A stretch of 38,097 nucleotides of DNA, taken from NCBI GenBank assembly GCA_046595235.1, contig JBKJPI010000027.1, positions 1 to 38,097 on the forward strand, written 5' to 3'. Source of the DNA: Burkholderiales bacterium. Its GTDB lineage: Bacteria > Pseudomonadota > Gammaproteobacteria > Burkholderiales > SG8-41. The position numbers were made by a program, and so were the translations under genes. Position 1 is the first letter of the stretch. The number at the start of each line of letters is the position of its first letter. Below are positions 27,224-36,877 of the stretch, piece after piece. The notes under the pieces are model-generated. The model made no database searches, was not told where the DNA came from, and saw only the letters and a program-made list of their open reading frames with translations.

Positions 27224-28051
27224 ATGGGTCTACAAATCTCAAGACTGATGGCGCTCGTTCTGAGCGTTCTGTCGCTCGGACTCGCCGGCTGCGCGAGCAT
27301 CGGCGGCTCGGGCGCCGGTGATGCGGACAGTGTCAACAACGCGCTTGCGACCGACGACGTGCGTTTCGTTCGCAATGCTATCCAGTCCGGCGCCCTGAAG
27401 CCTGACCAGAGGGTGTCTACCCCGGGCTATCCTGACGGTGCGCCGCTCTTGGCGATCGCTGCGCGTGCGGCGTCGCTGGAGGTCATGCGTTTTCTCATTT
27501 CCGCTGGTGCGGACCTGAACGCGCGCACCCCGGTCGGTGAGACGCCGCTCATGCTTGCCGCGTTCTTCTTCGATGAAACCCAGCAGAGCGTGGGCCGCGC
27601 GCATGAAAGGCATGAACAGGCAGTTCGCCTGCTCGTTTCATCGGGCGCAGAGGTTGATAACCTCCCGTACCACTACACTCCCCTCGCTTACGCGGCCTAT
27701 CAAGGTCATGACCGCGTCGTGCGCTACCTCATCGAGCGTGGCGCCCAGGTCAATGCCAGCGCGGCCGACGGGGGCACCTACGTCAATACGCCGCTCATGA
27801 TGGCGGCAATCCAGGGGCACGAGGGAATCGCCCGCGTTCTGCTGCGCGCCGGGGCGGACGCCGACATCCGCGTGTACGGTGGGCACACTGCCGCCGAGTT
27901 CGCTGCGAAGTACAACCACGCCGGGCTCGCGCAGCTGCTGCTGTGTGCTCAACGGCAGTATGGCGTCGGCGCCAGCGGGCCGCAGTGCCGGCAGTTGCTG
28001 GGTTACGATCCCGCGGAACGGCGGGGCGGAATCGATCGGGTGAGCCGCTAA
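27224..28051 (+). CDS. Ankyrin repeat lipoprotein
   Basis: Signal peptide and lipobox (LSLGLAGC), then four to five ankyrin-like repeats (TPLMLAA..., TPLAYAAYQGHDRVVRYLIERGAQVN, TPLMMAAIQGHEGIARVLLRAGADAD). Confidence 0.8.
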   Translation: MGLQISRLMALVLSVLSLGLAGCASIGGSGAGDADSVNNALATDDVRFVRNAIQSGALKPDQRVSTPGYPDGAPLLAIAARAASLEVMRFLISAGADLNARTPVGETPLMLAAFFFDETQQSVGRAHERHEQAVRLLVSSGAEVDNLPYHYTPLAYAAYQGHDRVVRYLIERGAQVNASAADGGTYVNTPLMMAAIQGHEGIARVLLRAGADADIRVYGGHTAAEFAAKYNHAGLAQLLLCAQRQYGVGASGPQCRQLLGYDPAERRGGIDRVSR

Positions 28052-28097
28052 AGTCTGCCGCGTCGTCGCTGAATAGCGTCGAGGCGCTCACCGAAAG

Positions 28098-28409
28098 TCA
28101 GGTCGCCTTACCTTGCTCTTCCCAGATCACGTCGGCGCCGCTCTTCGCCGCGCGTTCGAGCAGCTCGATCAGCGGAAACGCACGCTGGCTCAAGTTGACC
28201 TGCGTTTCCTCTTCGTCCGCTTTTCCATCAGATACTTTTCGGGGCTCGAGTCCGACGCCCTGCCGCAGGCGTTGCACCGCTGCCGGAATGTCCTGCGCGA
28301 GCATGGCACCCGGAACGTTCCCGCTTTGCCCCATCATTCGAAGAAGCTTATGCGCGACATCGCCGAACATCGTGAGCATTCCAACTTTCGAATCGAATCT
28401 GACCAGCAT
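28098..28409 (-). CDS. DUF1840-like small protein
   Basis: MLVRFDSKVGMLTMFGDVAHKLLRMMGQSG... resembles the DUF1840 N-terminal pattern. AGGAG lies 10 nt upstream of ATG 28409. The family call is from memory of the motif only. Confidence 0.6.
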   Translation of the reverse strand: MLVRFDSKVGMLTMFGDVAHKLLRMMGQSGNVPGAMLAQDIPAAVQRLRQGVGLEPRKVSDGKADEEETQVNLSQRAFPLIELLERAAKSGADVIWEEQGKAT

Positions 28410-28557
28410 CGTGTGCAATCTCCTGAGTATCGTGTGGCTGTGGGCAAGTTACGCGCCGTATCGTCGATCTGCTTGCTGCGGCGCAGCGAAACGCAATGGA
28501 ACTGTTTCGCTTTAAACAGTCTAAACTTGCTGGAGTACCACGCACGGGAGTGGCTCT

Positions 28558-28914
28558 ATGACCGGCAGGCGGTGGCAGGACTCGGCTAACTTCATCCTTG
28601 GCTTGTGGATGTTCGCCTCTCCGTGGGTCCTGGGGTATGGCGGAAGCGCTGCAGTGAACGCGTACGTCATGGGCGCCGGCATCGTTGTATTCGCCCTGAT
28701 CGCTGCCTATATGCCGAAAGCCTGGGAAGAGATCATCAACATGATGCTGGGCGTGTGGCTGGTCGTCTCGCCATTCGTGCTTGGTTTCTCCGCATCTACG
28801 GGAATCGCCCTTCATACGGTAGTTGTTGGCATTCTTGCCGCGGCGTTTGCCATCTGGGCGATGTCGAACGAGCAAAGCTTCTACAAGCGGTGGCGGAGCG
28901 GTCAGTCGGTCTGA
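28558..28914 (+). CDS. SPW repeat membrane protein
   Basis: Two repeats of a TM pair carrying SPW/SPF motifs (LWMFASPWVLG and VWLVVSPFVLG). GGGAG Shine-Dalgarno sequence. Confidence 0.75.
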   Translation: MTGRRWQDSANFILGLWMFASPWVLGYGGSAAVNAYVMGAGIVVFALIAAYMPKAWEEIINMMLGVWLVVSPFVLGFSASTGIALHTVVVGILAAAFAIWAMSNEQSFYKRWRSGQSV

Positions 28915-28923
28915 TCGCGCATC

Positions 28924-29096
28924 GGGCGGCGCTCGCCTGCATGCTTCGTCGCAAAGTTAAAACCTACTTTGCGCCGGAACGACTAATTTGAACTGAATCG
29001 CGAGCCAAGCCCGCCGATTCGAGCTTGAAACTGCTACGAAAAGTGTCGGGGCTAGCCGCCCTGCGAACGGAAGGAAACCCATGGTTTCCCTCCGTA
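28924..29096 (+). repeat. Copy C of the intergenic repeat family, interrupted by an insert of about 109 nt
   Basis: 28924-28938 (GGGCGGCGCTCGCCT) matches the 5' ends of copies A and B exactly. 29045-29096 matches the rest of the element, including the hairpin GGAAGGAAACC-CAT-GGTTTCCCTCC. The intervening lower-GC segment has its own hairpins at 28950-28973 and 28995-29020. Confidence 0.65.
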
Positions 29097-29116
29097 GCCG
29101 CCTTTTTTGTTGAGCG

Positions 29117-30028
29117 TTAAGCCGGCTGCGCGCTCGGTTTCACACTGATGATGACGACGCCGGCGAGCACGAGCGCCGCCCCAGTCAACTGGATCCACGT
29201 AATCGGCTCTCCGAGAAATAGGTGGGCGAGGCCGATGGTCGCAAGCGGCCCCACGCAGGCAACGAGTGACGCCTGATTCGCGCCGATTCTCTTCAGCCCC
29301 TCCGCCATGAGCCATAGCGGGACGACGGTTGCGAACACAGCGAGTACGAGGACTAGACTGTAGACCTCCTGCGCCACTTCGAGTCGGCCGGGTCCATGCG
29401 TCCCCATGAAGGTGGCGATCACGAACACCGACGCGGCAACGGAAGCGTACGCGGTGAAGCGCATCGAACCGATCTTCTGGATCATCCGGGCGCCGGCAAC
29501 GAGATACACCGCGTAACTCACCGCGCTTGCGAAAACCAGCGCCGCCCCCAGCAAAAGCGTCGTAAGCGGGCCTTGAAGCGCAGTTTCTGCATGGAACACG
29601 AGCACGATGCCGCTGTACGAGAGGCCGAGCGAGACGACGTGTTTCGCCGTGATCCGCTGCTTCAGATACAGCGCGCCGATGAGGAGCACCACGGTCGGAT
29701 ACAGGTAAAGGATCAGCCGTCCAAGGTTCGCCGAGATGTATTGCAGCCCCGCGAGATCGAGATAACTGCCGAGGTAATAACCGATGAAGCCGAGAAAGAC
29801 GATGGCGCCCCAGTCGCGCCGGCCGAGCCGCACCGGTGGGCGGCCGGCCCACCACGCCATGAGAAGAAAGAAGGGCATCGCGAACAGCATGCGAAGTGCA
29901 AGGAGCGTCATGGTGTCGACGCTGTATGCATACGCAAGCTTGATGATGACCGGCTTGCCGGAGAATGCGATCGAGCCGGCGAGGGTGCACGCAACGCCGA
30001 TGTAGGCACTGCGCGTTGCGGAAGACAT
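29117..30028 (-). CDS. EamA/DMT family transporter
   Basis: 303 aa with about ten TM helices in two EamA-like halves. Its ATG overlaps the stop of the upstream DUF853 gene by 1 nt. Confidence 0.88.
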   Translation of the reverse strand: MSSATRSAYIGVACTLAGSIAFSGKPVIIKLAYAYSVDTMTLLALRMLFAMPFFLLMAWWAGRPPVRLGRRDWGAIVFLGFIGYYLGSYLDLAGLQYISANLGRLILYLYPTVVLLIGALYLKQRITAKHVVSLGLSYSGIVLVFHAETALQGPLTTLLLGAALVFASAVSYAVYLVAGARMIQKIGSMRFTAYASVAASVFVIATFMGTHGPGRLEVAQEVYSLVLVLAVFATVVPLWLMAEGLKRIGANQASLVACVGPLATIGLAHLFLGEPITWIQLTGAALVLAGVVIISVKPSAQPA

Positions 30029-31527
30029 CAGCGCCGGCGGCGTCCGCCGAGCAAAGACCCCATAACGCCCCTCACGATCTCGCGTCCGATACCGGAGCCG
30101 ATTGCGCGCGCCGCACTCTTCGCTGCAGCTTCGATAGCGCCTTCGCGTCGCCCACCGCGGGGGCCGGTGCTTCCGCCGAGGAAATCGCTCAGAGCGCCCA
30201 GGAGGCCGCCCTTGGTCGATTGAGGCGCGGCACCTTCCGCGCCGCCGGCAAGCAGACCGTGGCGCTCGGCAATCTTCTCGTAAGCCGACTCGCGGTCCAC
30301 CGCGGTGTCGTAAGTGCCAGCAACTTGCGAATTGCGCATCACCGCGGCGCGCTCCGGAGCTGTAACGGGTCCGAGGCGGCAGCCGGGCGGCAGTACAAAA
30401 GCGCGCTCGACTATGGAAGGGCGTCCTTTCTCATCGAGCAGCGAAACGAGTGCTTCGCCTACCGCAAGATCGGTGATTGCGGATTCGACATCGAGCTTCG
30501 GATTGGCGCGAAACGTCGTCGCTGCCGCCTTGACCGCCTTCTGGTCTCGCGGCGTGAAAGCCCGCAGAGCGTGCTGAACGCGGTTGCCGAGCTGCCCGAG
30601 GACGGTGTCGGGAATGTCGAGCGGGTTCTGAGTGACGAAATAGACGCCGACTCCCTTGGAGCGGATGAGGCGCACGACCTGCTCGATCTTGTCGAGCAGG
30701 GCTGTCGGAGCGTCGTCGAAGAGCAGGTGTGCTTCATCGAAAAAGAAAACGAGCTTCGGCTTCTCTGCGTCACCGACCTCCGGAAGCTGCTCGAAGAGCT
30801 CCGCAAGAAGCCACAGGAGAAGCGTCGCATAGAGCTTCGGCGCACTCATCAGCTTGTCGGCTGCGAGCACGTTCACCACGCCGCGTCCGCCTTCGCTTCG
30901 GATGAGGTCGTGAACGTTGAGCGCGGGCTCGCCGAAGAACCGGTCGCCGCCCTCGTGCTCGAGCGTCAACAGTCCGCGCTGAATCGCGCCAATCGAAGCA
31001 TTGGCGATATTGCCGTAGCGCGTCGTATAGCTTTTCGCGTTTTCGGCGGCGTGGGTGAGCATCGCGCGCAGATCCTTCAGATCGAGGAGGAGGAGGCCCT
31101 CGTCGTCTGCGATCTTGAAAACCGCTGTAAGCACTCCGGCTTGGGTTTCGTTGAGGTTGAGAATGCGCGCGAGAAGAAGCGGGCCGATCTCGGACACGGT
31201 CGTTCTCACAGGATGGCCCTGCTCGCCGAACGGATCCCAGAAAACGACCGGGCACGCGCTGTACTCGAAGTTCTTCAGCTTGAGCGCTTCGACCCGCTCC
31301 TTGACCTTGCCTGAGGCCTCACCGGGCTGACTGATGCCGGCGAGATCACCTTTTACGTCCGCCATGAACACCGGTACGCCGATGCGGCTGAAGCTTTCCG
31401 CAAGGCGCTGCAGGGTTACGGTTTTGCCCGTACCCGTAGCGCCGGCGATGAGTCCGTGCCGGTTTGCGTACTGAGGAAGAAGTCCGAGGAGCTCGCGCGC
31501 TTTTGCTACGACAAGTCGGTCTGGCAT
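30028..31527 (-). CDS. HerA-like P-loop ATPase, DUF853 (YjgR-like)
   Basis: [17 protein letters not shown] Walker [14 protein letters not shown] Walker B, and a Gly/Arg-rich C-terminal tail. 499 aa. Confidence 0.88.
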   Translation of the reverse strand: MPDRLVVAKARELLGLLPQYANRHGLIAGATGTGKTVTLQRLAESFSRIGVPVFMADVKGDLAGISQPGEASGKVKERVEALKLKNFEYSACPVVFWDPFGEQGHPVRTTVSEIGPLLLARILNLNETQAGVLTAVFKIADDEGLLLLDLKDLRAMLTHAAENAKSYTTRYGNIANASIGAIQRGLLTLEHEGGDRFFGEPALNVHDLIRSEGGRGVVNVLAADKLMSAPKLYATLLLWLLAELFEQLPEVGDAEKPKLVFFFDEAHLLFDDAPTALLDKIEQVVRLIRSKGVGVYFVTQNPLDIPDTVLGQLGNRVQHALRAFTPRDQKAVKAAATTFRANPKLDVESAITDLAVGEALVSLLDEKGRPSIVERAFVLPPGCRLGPVTAPERAAVMRNSQVAGTYDTAVDRESAYEKIAERHGLLAGGAEGAAPQSTKGGLLGALSDFLGGSTGPRGGRREGAIEAAAKSAARAIGSGIGREIVRGVMGSLLGGRRRR

Positions 31528-31549
31528 CGCGGGGTGCGTTGGGGCCGTG

Positions 31550-31558
31550 TGATAAAAT
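31550..31558 (+). promoter_or_regulatory. Candidate extended -10 promoter element upstream of yebC
   Basis: TGATAAAAT (TGnTAAAAT) lies 44 nt upstream of ATG 31602 in an AT-rich divergent spacer. There is no clear -35 element. Confidence 0.3.
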
Positions 31559-31601
31559 CGTTGTTATTTTAACGGCTTATTGCACGTTTCAATCCACATT
31601 T

Positions 31602-32327
31602 ATGGCGGGTCACAGCAAGTGGGCGAACATCAAGCATCGCAAGGAGCGGCAGGACGCGAAGCGTGGCAAGGTTTTTACCCGCCTCATCAAGGAAATCACG
31701 GTCGCTGCACGCATGGGCGGCGGCGACACGAGCATGAATCCGCGCCTGCGACTCGCCGTCGACAAGGCGCAGGAATCGAATCTTCCCAAGGACACGATTG
31801 ATCGCGCTATCAAGCGCGGCTCAGGCGGCCTCGAGGGCGTCAACTACGAAGAGGTTCGCTACGAAGGTTATGGCATCGGCGGCGCGGCGGTGATGGTCGA
31901 TTGCATGACGGATAACAAGACGCGCACCGTCGCGGATGTGCGGCATGCTTTCACCAAGTACGGCGGCAATCTCGGAACCGATGGCTCGGTGTCGTTCCTG
32001 TTCAAGCACTGCGGGCAGATGATCTTCGCGCCGGGCACTAACGAAGACAAGCTCATGGAAGCGGCTCTCGAGGCTGGCGCCGACGATATCGTCACGAACG
32101 ACGACGGCAGTCTCGAAGTCGTAACGAGTCCTTACGATCTGTCGCAGGTGCGCGACACCCTCCAAAAGGCGGGTTTCAAGGCCGAGCTCGCGGAAGTCAC
32201 GATGAAACCTTCAACCGAAAGCGCGCTCGCGGGCGAAGATGCGGCACGGATGCAGAAGCTCCTGGATGCGATCGAGTCGATCGACGATGTGCAGGAGGTC
32301 TATACCAACGCGGTGATGGACACGTGA
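31602..32327 (+). CDS. yebC: YebC/PmpR family transcriptional regulator
   Basis: [32 protein letters not shown] is the canonical YebC N-terminus. Confidence 0.95.
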   Translation: MAGHSKWANIKHRKERQDAKRGKVFTRLIKEITVAARMGGGDTSMNPRLRLAVDKAQESNLPKDTIDRAIKRGSGGLEGVNYEEVRYEGYGIGGAAVMVDCMTDNKTRTVADVRHAFTKYGGNLGTDGSVSFLFKHCGQMIFAPGTNEDKLMEAALEAGADDIVTNDDGSLEVVTSPYDLSQVRDTLQKAGFKAELAEVTMKPSTESALAGEDAARMQKLLDAIESIDDVQEVYTNAVMDT

Positions 32328-32845
32328 CACGCATCCTGGGCATCGATCCAGGTTTACGCATTACCGGCTTCGGGGTTCTCGACAAGTCCGGCCAGACGCT
32401 GGCTTACGTGACGAGCGGCTGCATTAAAACCCCCGCTTCGGGCGATCTCTCCTCCCGCCTGAAAGCGATCCTCGATGGCCTCGCGGAAGTGATCGCTCAA
32501 TGCCGGCCCCAACAGATCGCGATTGAGAAAGTTTTTGTTAACGTAAATCCGCAGTCGACGCTCCTCCTCGGCCAGGCGCGAGGAACGGCGATCTGCGCCG
32601 CGGTCATGCACGACCTCCCCGTCTCTGAATACACCGCGCTGCAGGTCAAACAGGCGGTCGTCGGTAACGGGCACGCCCGCAAGGAGCAGGTGCAGGAAAT
32701 GGTGATGCGCCTGCTGAAGCTTGCAGGCTCTCCCAGTCCCGACGCTGCGGATGCGCTCGCCTGTGCGATCTGCCACGCGCATGGCGGCCAGCTCGGCGCA
32801 ATGTCCACAGCCGGCTATCGCGTTCGCAAAGGGCGGCTCGTGTGA
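32324..32845 (+). CDS. ruvC: Holliday junction resolvase RuvC
   Basis: [19 protein letters not shown] and C-terminal [17 protein letters not shown] overlap with yebC. Confidence 0.95.
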   Translation: MTRILGIDPGLRITGFGVLDKSGQTLAYVTSGCIKTPASGDLSSRLKAILDGLAEVIAQCRPQQIAIEKVFVNVNPQSTLLLGQARGTAICAAVMHDLPVSEYTALQVKQAVVGNGHARKEQVQEMVMRLLKLAGSPSPDAADALACAICHAHGGQLGAMSTAGYRVRKGRLV

Positions 32846-33417
32846 TCGGGCGCCTTGCCGGCACGCTGGTCGCAAAGCATCCGCCCCAGATCGTGGTGGA
32901 TGTGCGGGGTATCGGCTATGAGCTCGACGTCCCGATGAGCACGCTTTACCAGCTTCCGGCCACCGGCGCCGACGTCACCCTCCTCACGCACCTCATCATT
33001 CGCGAGGACGCGCATCAGCTCTATGGTTTCGCGACCGAGAGCGAGCGCACTCTCTTTCGCAAGCTTCTTAAAATATCCGGGGTCGGCGCCCGCATCGCAC
33101 TCGCAGTGCTCTCCGGCATGAGCGTTGCGGACCTGCGTGAAGCTGTGAGCCGTCAGGAAACCGGACGGCTTACGCGCATTCCGGGGATTGGTAAGAAAAC
33201 CGCGGAGCGCCTGCTGCTCGAATTGAAGGACAAGCTCGACGTCGCGGTAATCGCGGTTCGTGCGGAGGCGGATGGGGCGAGCAATGACATCGTCGATGCC
33301 TTGCTCTCACTGGGCTACAGCGACAAGGAGGCGCGTTTTGCAGTTACGAATCTGGAGAGCGGTCTCAGCGTGACCGAAGGCATTCGACACGCGCTCAAGG
33401 CGCTATCGAAAGCATGA
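32842..33417 (+). CDS. ruvA: Holliday junction branch migration protein RuvA
   Basis: [10 protein letters not shown]...[12 protein letters not shown] and HhH motifs ([26 protein letters not shown]). Confidence 0.95.
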   Translation: MIGRLAGTLVAKHPPQIVVDVRGIGYELDVPMSTLYQLPATGADVTLLTHLIIREDAHQLYGFATESERTLFRKLLKISGVGARIALAVLSGMSVADLREAVSRQETGRLTRIPGIGKKTAERLLLELKDKLDVAVIAVRAEADGASNDIVDALLSLGYSDKEARFAVTNLESGLSVTEGIRHALKALSKA

Positions 33418-33424
33418 TCGACGC

Positions 33425-34468
33425 ATGATCGAGACCGACCGCCTGATTTCCGCCGCGCCGACCTCCCCGCAGGAGGAGGCGATCGAGCGCGCGCTGCGTC
33501 CGAAAGCGCTCGAAGAATACATCGGTCAGGAAAAAACGCGCGGTCAGCTCGAAATCTTCATCGAGGCCGCCCGCAGGCGCGGCGAGTCACTCGATCACGT
33601 ACTGCTCTTTGGTCCGCCAGGTCTCGGTAAGACTACGCTCGCGCACATCATCGCGCGTGAGATGGGTGTGAACCTCCGGCACACATCAGGACCGGTGCTC
33701 GAGCGCGCCGGCGATCTCGCGGCGATCCTCACCAACCTCGAGCCGCGCGACGTGCTTTTCATCGACGAGATCCACAGGCTTTCTCCCGTGGTCGAGGAGA
33801 TTCTCTATCCGGCTCTCGAAGATTTTCAGATCGACATCATGATCGGTGAAGGGCCGGCCGCGCGGTCGGTCAAGCTCGATCTTCCGCCGTTCACCCTCGT
33901 GGGCGCCACGACGCGTGCCGGCATGCTCACCAATCCGCTTCGCGACCGCTTCGGGATCGTCGCGCGTCTCGAGTTCTATACCCACGATGAGCTGATGCGA
34001 ATCGTGCAGCGCTCGGCCGGGCTTCTCGCTGTGGAAGTCGAGGCCGAGGGTGCGCGCGAGATCGCGAGCCGCTCGCGCGGCACGCCGCGCATCTCCAATC
34101 GATTGCTGCGGCGTGTGCGCGATTTCGCCGAAGTCAAAGCGGACGGTCGCATCACCAAAGACGTCGCAGACGCTGCACTGAAAATGCTCGACGTCGATCG
34201 CGCGGGTCTCGACGTGATGGACCGTAAGCTCCTGCAGGCCGTCATCGACAAGTTCGGCGGTGGACCTGTTGGCGTCGACAACCTTGCGGCCGCCATAAGC
34301 GAAGAGCGCGACACGATCGAAGACGTGATCGAGCCTTACCTCATCCAGCAGGGTTACCTGCAGCGCACACCGCGCGGCCGCGTTGCCACTGTCGCAGCAT
34401 ATCGGCACTTCGGTCTCACGCGGCCCGGGGACGCGAGCACGCCGGAGCTCTGGAGCGACGCCAGCTGA
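33425..34468 (+). CDS. ruvB: Holliday junction DNA helicase RuvB
   Basis: [14 protein letters not shown], Walker [10 protein letters not shown] and Walker [10 protein letters not shown]. Confidence 0.97.
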   Translation: MIETDRLISAAPTSPQEEAIERALRPKALEEYIGQEKTRGQLEIFIEAARRRGESLDHVLLFGPPGLGKTTLAHIIAREMGVNLRHTSGPVLERAGDLAAILTNLEPRDVLFIDEIHRLSPVVEEILYPALEDFQIDIMIGEGPAARSVKLDLPPFTLVGATTRAGMLTNPLRDRFGIVARLEFYTHDELMRIVQRSAGLLAVEVEAEGAREIASRSRGTPRISNRLLRRVRDFAEVKADGRITKDVADAALKMLDVDRAGLDVMDRKLLQAVIDKFGGGPVGVDNLAAAISEERDTIEDVIEPYLIQQGYLQRTPRGRVATVAAYRHFGLTRPGDASTPELWSDAS

Positions 34469-34485
34469 TCCGCTCGAAAGCCGTA

Positions 34486-34920
34486 ATGCGGTCTTCCGTG
34501 ACACCTCCGTCCGCCAGCGAACCCTTCGTCTGGCCCATTCGCGTTTATTACGAGGATACGGACGCCGCCGGAGTCGTCTATTACGCCAACTATCTTAAAT
34601 TCACCGAACGCGCGCGAACCGAATGGTTGCGCGCGCTCGGCTTCGAGCAAACGGACCTCGCGGCTGAGCACTCGGTTGCGTTCGTCGTGCGGTCGGTCGC
34701 GATCGATTATCTGAAGCCGGCGCGCTTCAACGACGGGTTGCAGGTGACTGTGGAACTCATTAAGGTTGGCGCCGGTCAGATCGATCTGGCTCAACGGGTG
34801 CTCCGTGGAGACGAACTGCTGGCCCGCGCAGCGGTCAACGTCGTGTGCGTGGGCCTGCCCGCGTTTCGGCCCGTCCGCATGCCGCAGCTGCTCGCAACAA
34901 GAATAAAGGCGCGACTTTGA
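34486..34920 (+). CDS. ybgC: Tol-Pal-associated acyl-CoA thioesterase YbgC
   Basis: Hot-dog 4HBT motif VYYEDTDAAGVVYYANYLKF. It lies directly upstream of tolQ. Confidence 0.88.
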   Translation: MRSSVTPPSASEPFVWPIRVYYEDTDAAGVVYYANYLKFTERARTEWLRALGFEQTDLAAEHSVAFVVRSVAIDYLKPARFNDGLQVTVELIKVGAGQIDLAQRVLRGDELLARAAVNVVCVGLPAFRPVRMPQLLATRIKARL

Positions 34921-35597
34921 ATCCTACCGTTACACATGACCTTTCGATCATCAGTCTTGTCGCAAACGCGAGTGTGCTGGTGCAGCTTGTCATGGCAGCG
35001 CTTCTCCTCGCTTCACTGTTTTCCTGGTACTACATATTCATCAAGCGCTTTCAGCTGAAGCGGGCCACCGACCAGGCCGATGAATTCGAAAAGCAGTTCT
35101 GGGGCGGGGCCGAGCTCTCGGCGCTGTATCACCGCGCCAATGCATCGCGGAATGCGGGCACGCTCGAACGCATCTTCGAGGCGGGCTTTCGGGAATTCAC
35201 GAAGCTCACCAAGCAGCCAGGCATGGACGTGGCAAGCGTCATGGATGGCTCGCGGCGCGCCATGCGCGCGACCTACCAGCGGGAGATGGACAATCTCGAA
35301 TCGCATCTGTCGTTTCTGGCGTCAGTCGGATCTGTGAGTCCCTACGTCGGGCTGTTCGGGACGGTGTGGGGCATCATGAACGCATTCCGCGGTCTCGCGA
35401 ATGTCGCGCAGGCGACTCTCGGTCATGTGGCGCCCGGCATTGCAGAAGCGTTGATCGCAACGGCCATGGGCCTTTTCGCGGCCATACCCGCAGTGGTCGC
35501 ATACAACCGGTTTTCCGGTGACGTGAACCGGCTTGCTATCCGGTTCGATTCGTTCATGGAAGAATTCTCGAACATCCTGCAGCGTCAGATGCACTGA
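34917..35597 (+). CDS. tolQ: Tol-Pal system protein TolQ
   Basis: MotA/TolQ/ExbB features (SPYVGLFGTVWGIMNAF, APGIAEALIATAMGL). The TTG start overlaps the ybgC TGA as TTGA and gives about 226 aa. Confidence 0.9.
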   Translation: MNPTVTHDLSIISLVANASVLVQLVMAALLLASLFSWYYIFIKRFQLKRATDQADEFEKQFWGGAELSALYHRANASRNAGTLERIFEAGFREFTKLTKQPGMDVASVMDGSRRAMRATYQREMDNLESHLSFLASVGSVSPYVGLFGTVWGIMNAFRGLANVAQATLGHVAPGIAEALIATAMGLFAAIPAVVAYNRFSGDVNRLAIRFDSFMEEFSNILQRQMH

Positions 35598-35621
35598 TGC
35601 GCCACTGAACGCGGCACCGAC

Positions 35622-36050
35622 ATGATGCAAAACAAGCGGAACTCCCGGCGGCTGATGAACGAAATCAACGTCGTGCCCTATATCGACGTGATGCTGGTGC
35701 TGCTCGTGATCTTCATGGTCACCGCGCCGCTCATCAACCCGGGGCAGGTCGAGCTGCCGCAGATCGGCAAAACGTCGAACCCCCCTGTGCAGCCGATGGA
35801 GGTTTCCATCCAGAAAGACGGCTCGCTCTCATTGCGGGACCGCGCCGCGCGCAGCCCTGCCGACCGGCCGCTCTCACGCGCCGAGCTCATCAAGGAGATC
35901 AAGGCGAAGCAGACCCGTGCCGAAGATCAGGCGGTCGTCATTTCGGCTGACAAGGATGTGCGATATGAGTCGGTGCTCGAAGTCATGGACATGCTGCAGC
36001 AGAACCAGGTGAAGAAGGTGGGCCTCCTCGCCAAACCGCGGTCCCCGTGA
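35622..36050 (+). CDS. tolR: Tol-Pal system protein TolR
   Basis: EINVVPYIDVMLVLLVIFMVTAPL is the ExbD/TolR signature. 142 aa. Confidence 0.92.
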   Translation: MMQNKRNSRRLMNEINVVPYIDVMLVLLVIFMVTAPLINPGQVELPQIGKTSNPPVQPMEVSIQKDGSLSLRDRAARSPADRPLSRAELIKEIKAKQTRAEDQAVVISADKDVRYESVLEVMDMLQQNQVKKVGLLAKPRSP

Positions 36051-36877
36051 CTTACGACGACGATTACGTAACTGACAGAGAAAAGAAGATCTCACGTGCG
36101 CTCGCGATTGCGATGCACGTGGGTATGGTGCTGTTGTTCGTCTTCGGCGTCGCGTGGCAGAAGCGGCATTCGGAGCCCGCAGCGATCGTGGACCTCTGGA
36201 GCGGCTTCACGCCGACTCGGCCGGAACCGGCACCCCCTCCGAAGCCCGCGCCCCGAGTGGACGTGAAGCCGGAGCCCAAACCGGAGCCCAAAGTCGCCCC
36301 GCCGCCGAAGCCGGAAGTGAAGGCCCCGCCGAAAGCCGATATCGCGCTGCAGGAAAAGCGCGAGAAAGAGCGTAAGTTGAAAGATCAGCAGGAGCTCGAC
36401 AAAAAGAAAGAGCTCGAGCAGGAAAAACGCAAGGCGGATGACCGGAAGAAGGCGCAGCAGGTCGAAGCGAAGAAAGCCGACGAGAAGGTAAAGCTGGAGA
36501 AGGACCGGTTAGCGCAGGAATCCCGGCTGGCGCAGGAAAAAGCCGAGATGACAGCAAAGATTGCAAAAGAGCAGGCTTCGGCGCAGTCGCGCCTGTTTGA
36601 GGAATATGTGCGCCAGATCAGCAACAAGATAAGACGCAACATCGTCGAGCCGCCGAACCTGCAGGGTAATCCGCAGGTCGAATTCGAAGTGAGGCTTCTC
36701 CCGGGCGGCGAGGTCATGGAAGGGAGCCTCCGAGTGCGTCGCAGCAGTGGCGTTCCCGCGTACGATCAGGCTGTGGAGCGCGCTATATTGAAGTCGTCAC
36801 CGCTGCCGATTCCGCCGGACCCCGCGATGTTCAACATGTTTCGTGAGTTCAACCTGAGAATTAAACCCCGAGAATGA
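36047..36877 (+). CDS. tolA: Tol-Pal system protein TolA
   Basis: N-terminal TM segment, a proline-rich linker (PEPAPPPKPAPRVDVKPEPKPEPK), a Lys/Glu-rich helical region and a C-terminal TonB/TolA-type domain. GTG start overlaps the tolR stop. Confidence 0.85.
   Translation: MTYDDDYVTDREKKISRALAIAMHVGMVLLFVFGVAWQKRHSEPAAIVDLWSGFTPTRPEPAPPPKPAPRVDVKPEPKPEPKVAPPPKPEVKAPPKADIALQEKREKERKLKDQQELDKKKELEQEKRKADDRKKAQQVEAKKADEKVKLEKDRLAQESRLAQEKAEMTAKIAKEQASAQSRLFEEYVRQISNKIRRNIVEPPNLQGNPQVEFEVRLLPGGEVMEGSLRVRRSSGVPAYDQAVERAILKSSPLPIPPDPAMFNMFREFNLRIKPRE

Noticed and set aside
36230-36560. Repetitive Pro-rich and Lys/Glu-rich DNA in tolA (PEPKPEPK, KKAD.., EKRK..), considered as a tandem repeat or contingency locus.
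   Set aside because: This is the normal low-complexity linker and helical domain II of TolA. The repeats are short and imperfect, and they lie in frame within a well-supported gene.
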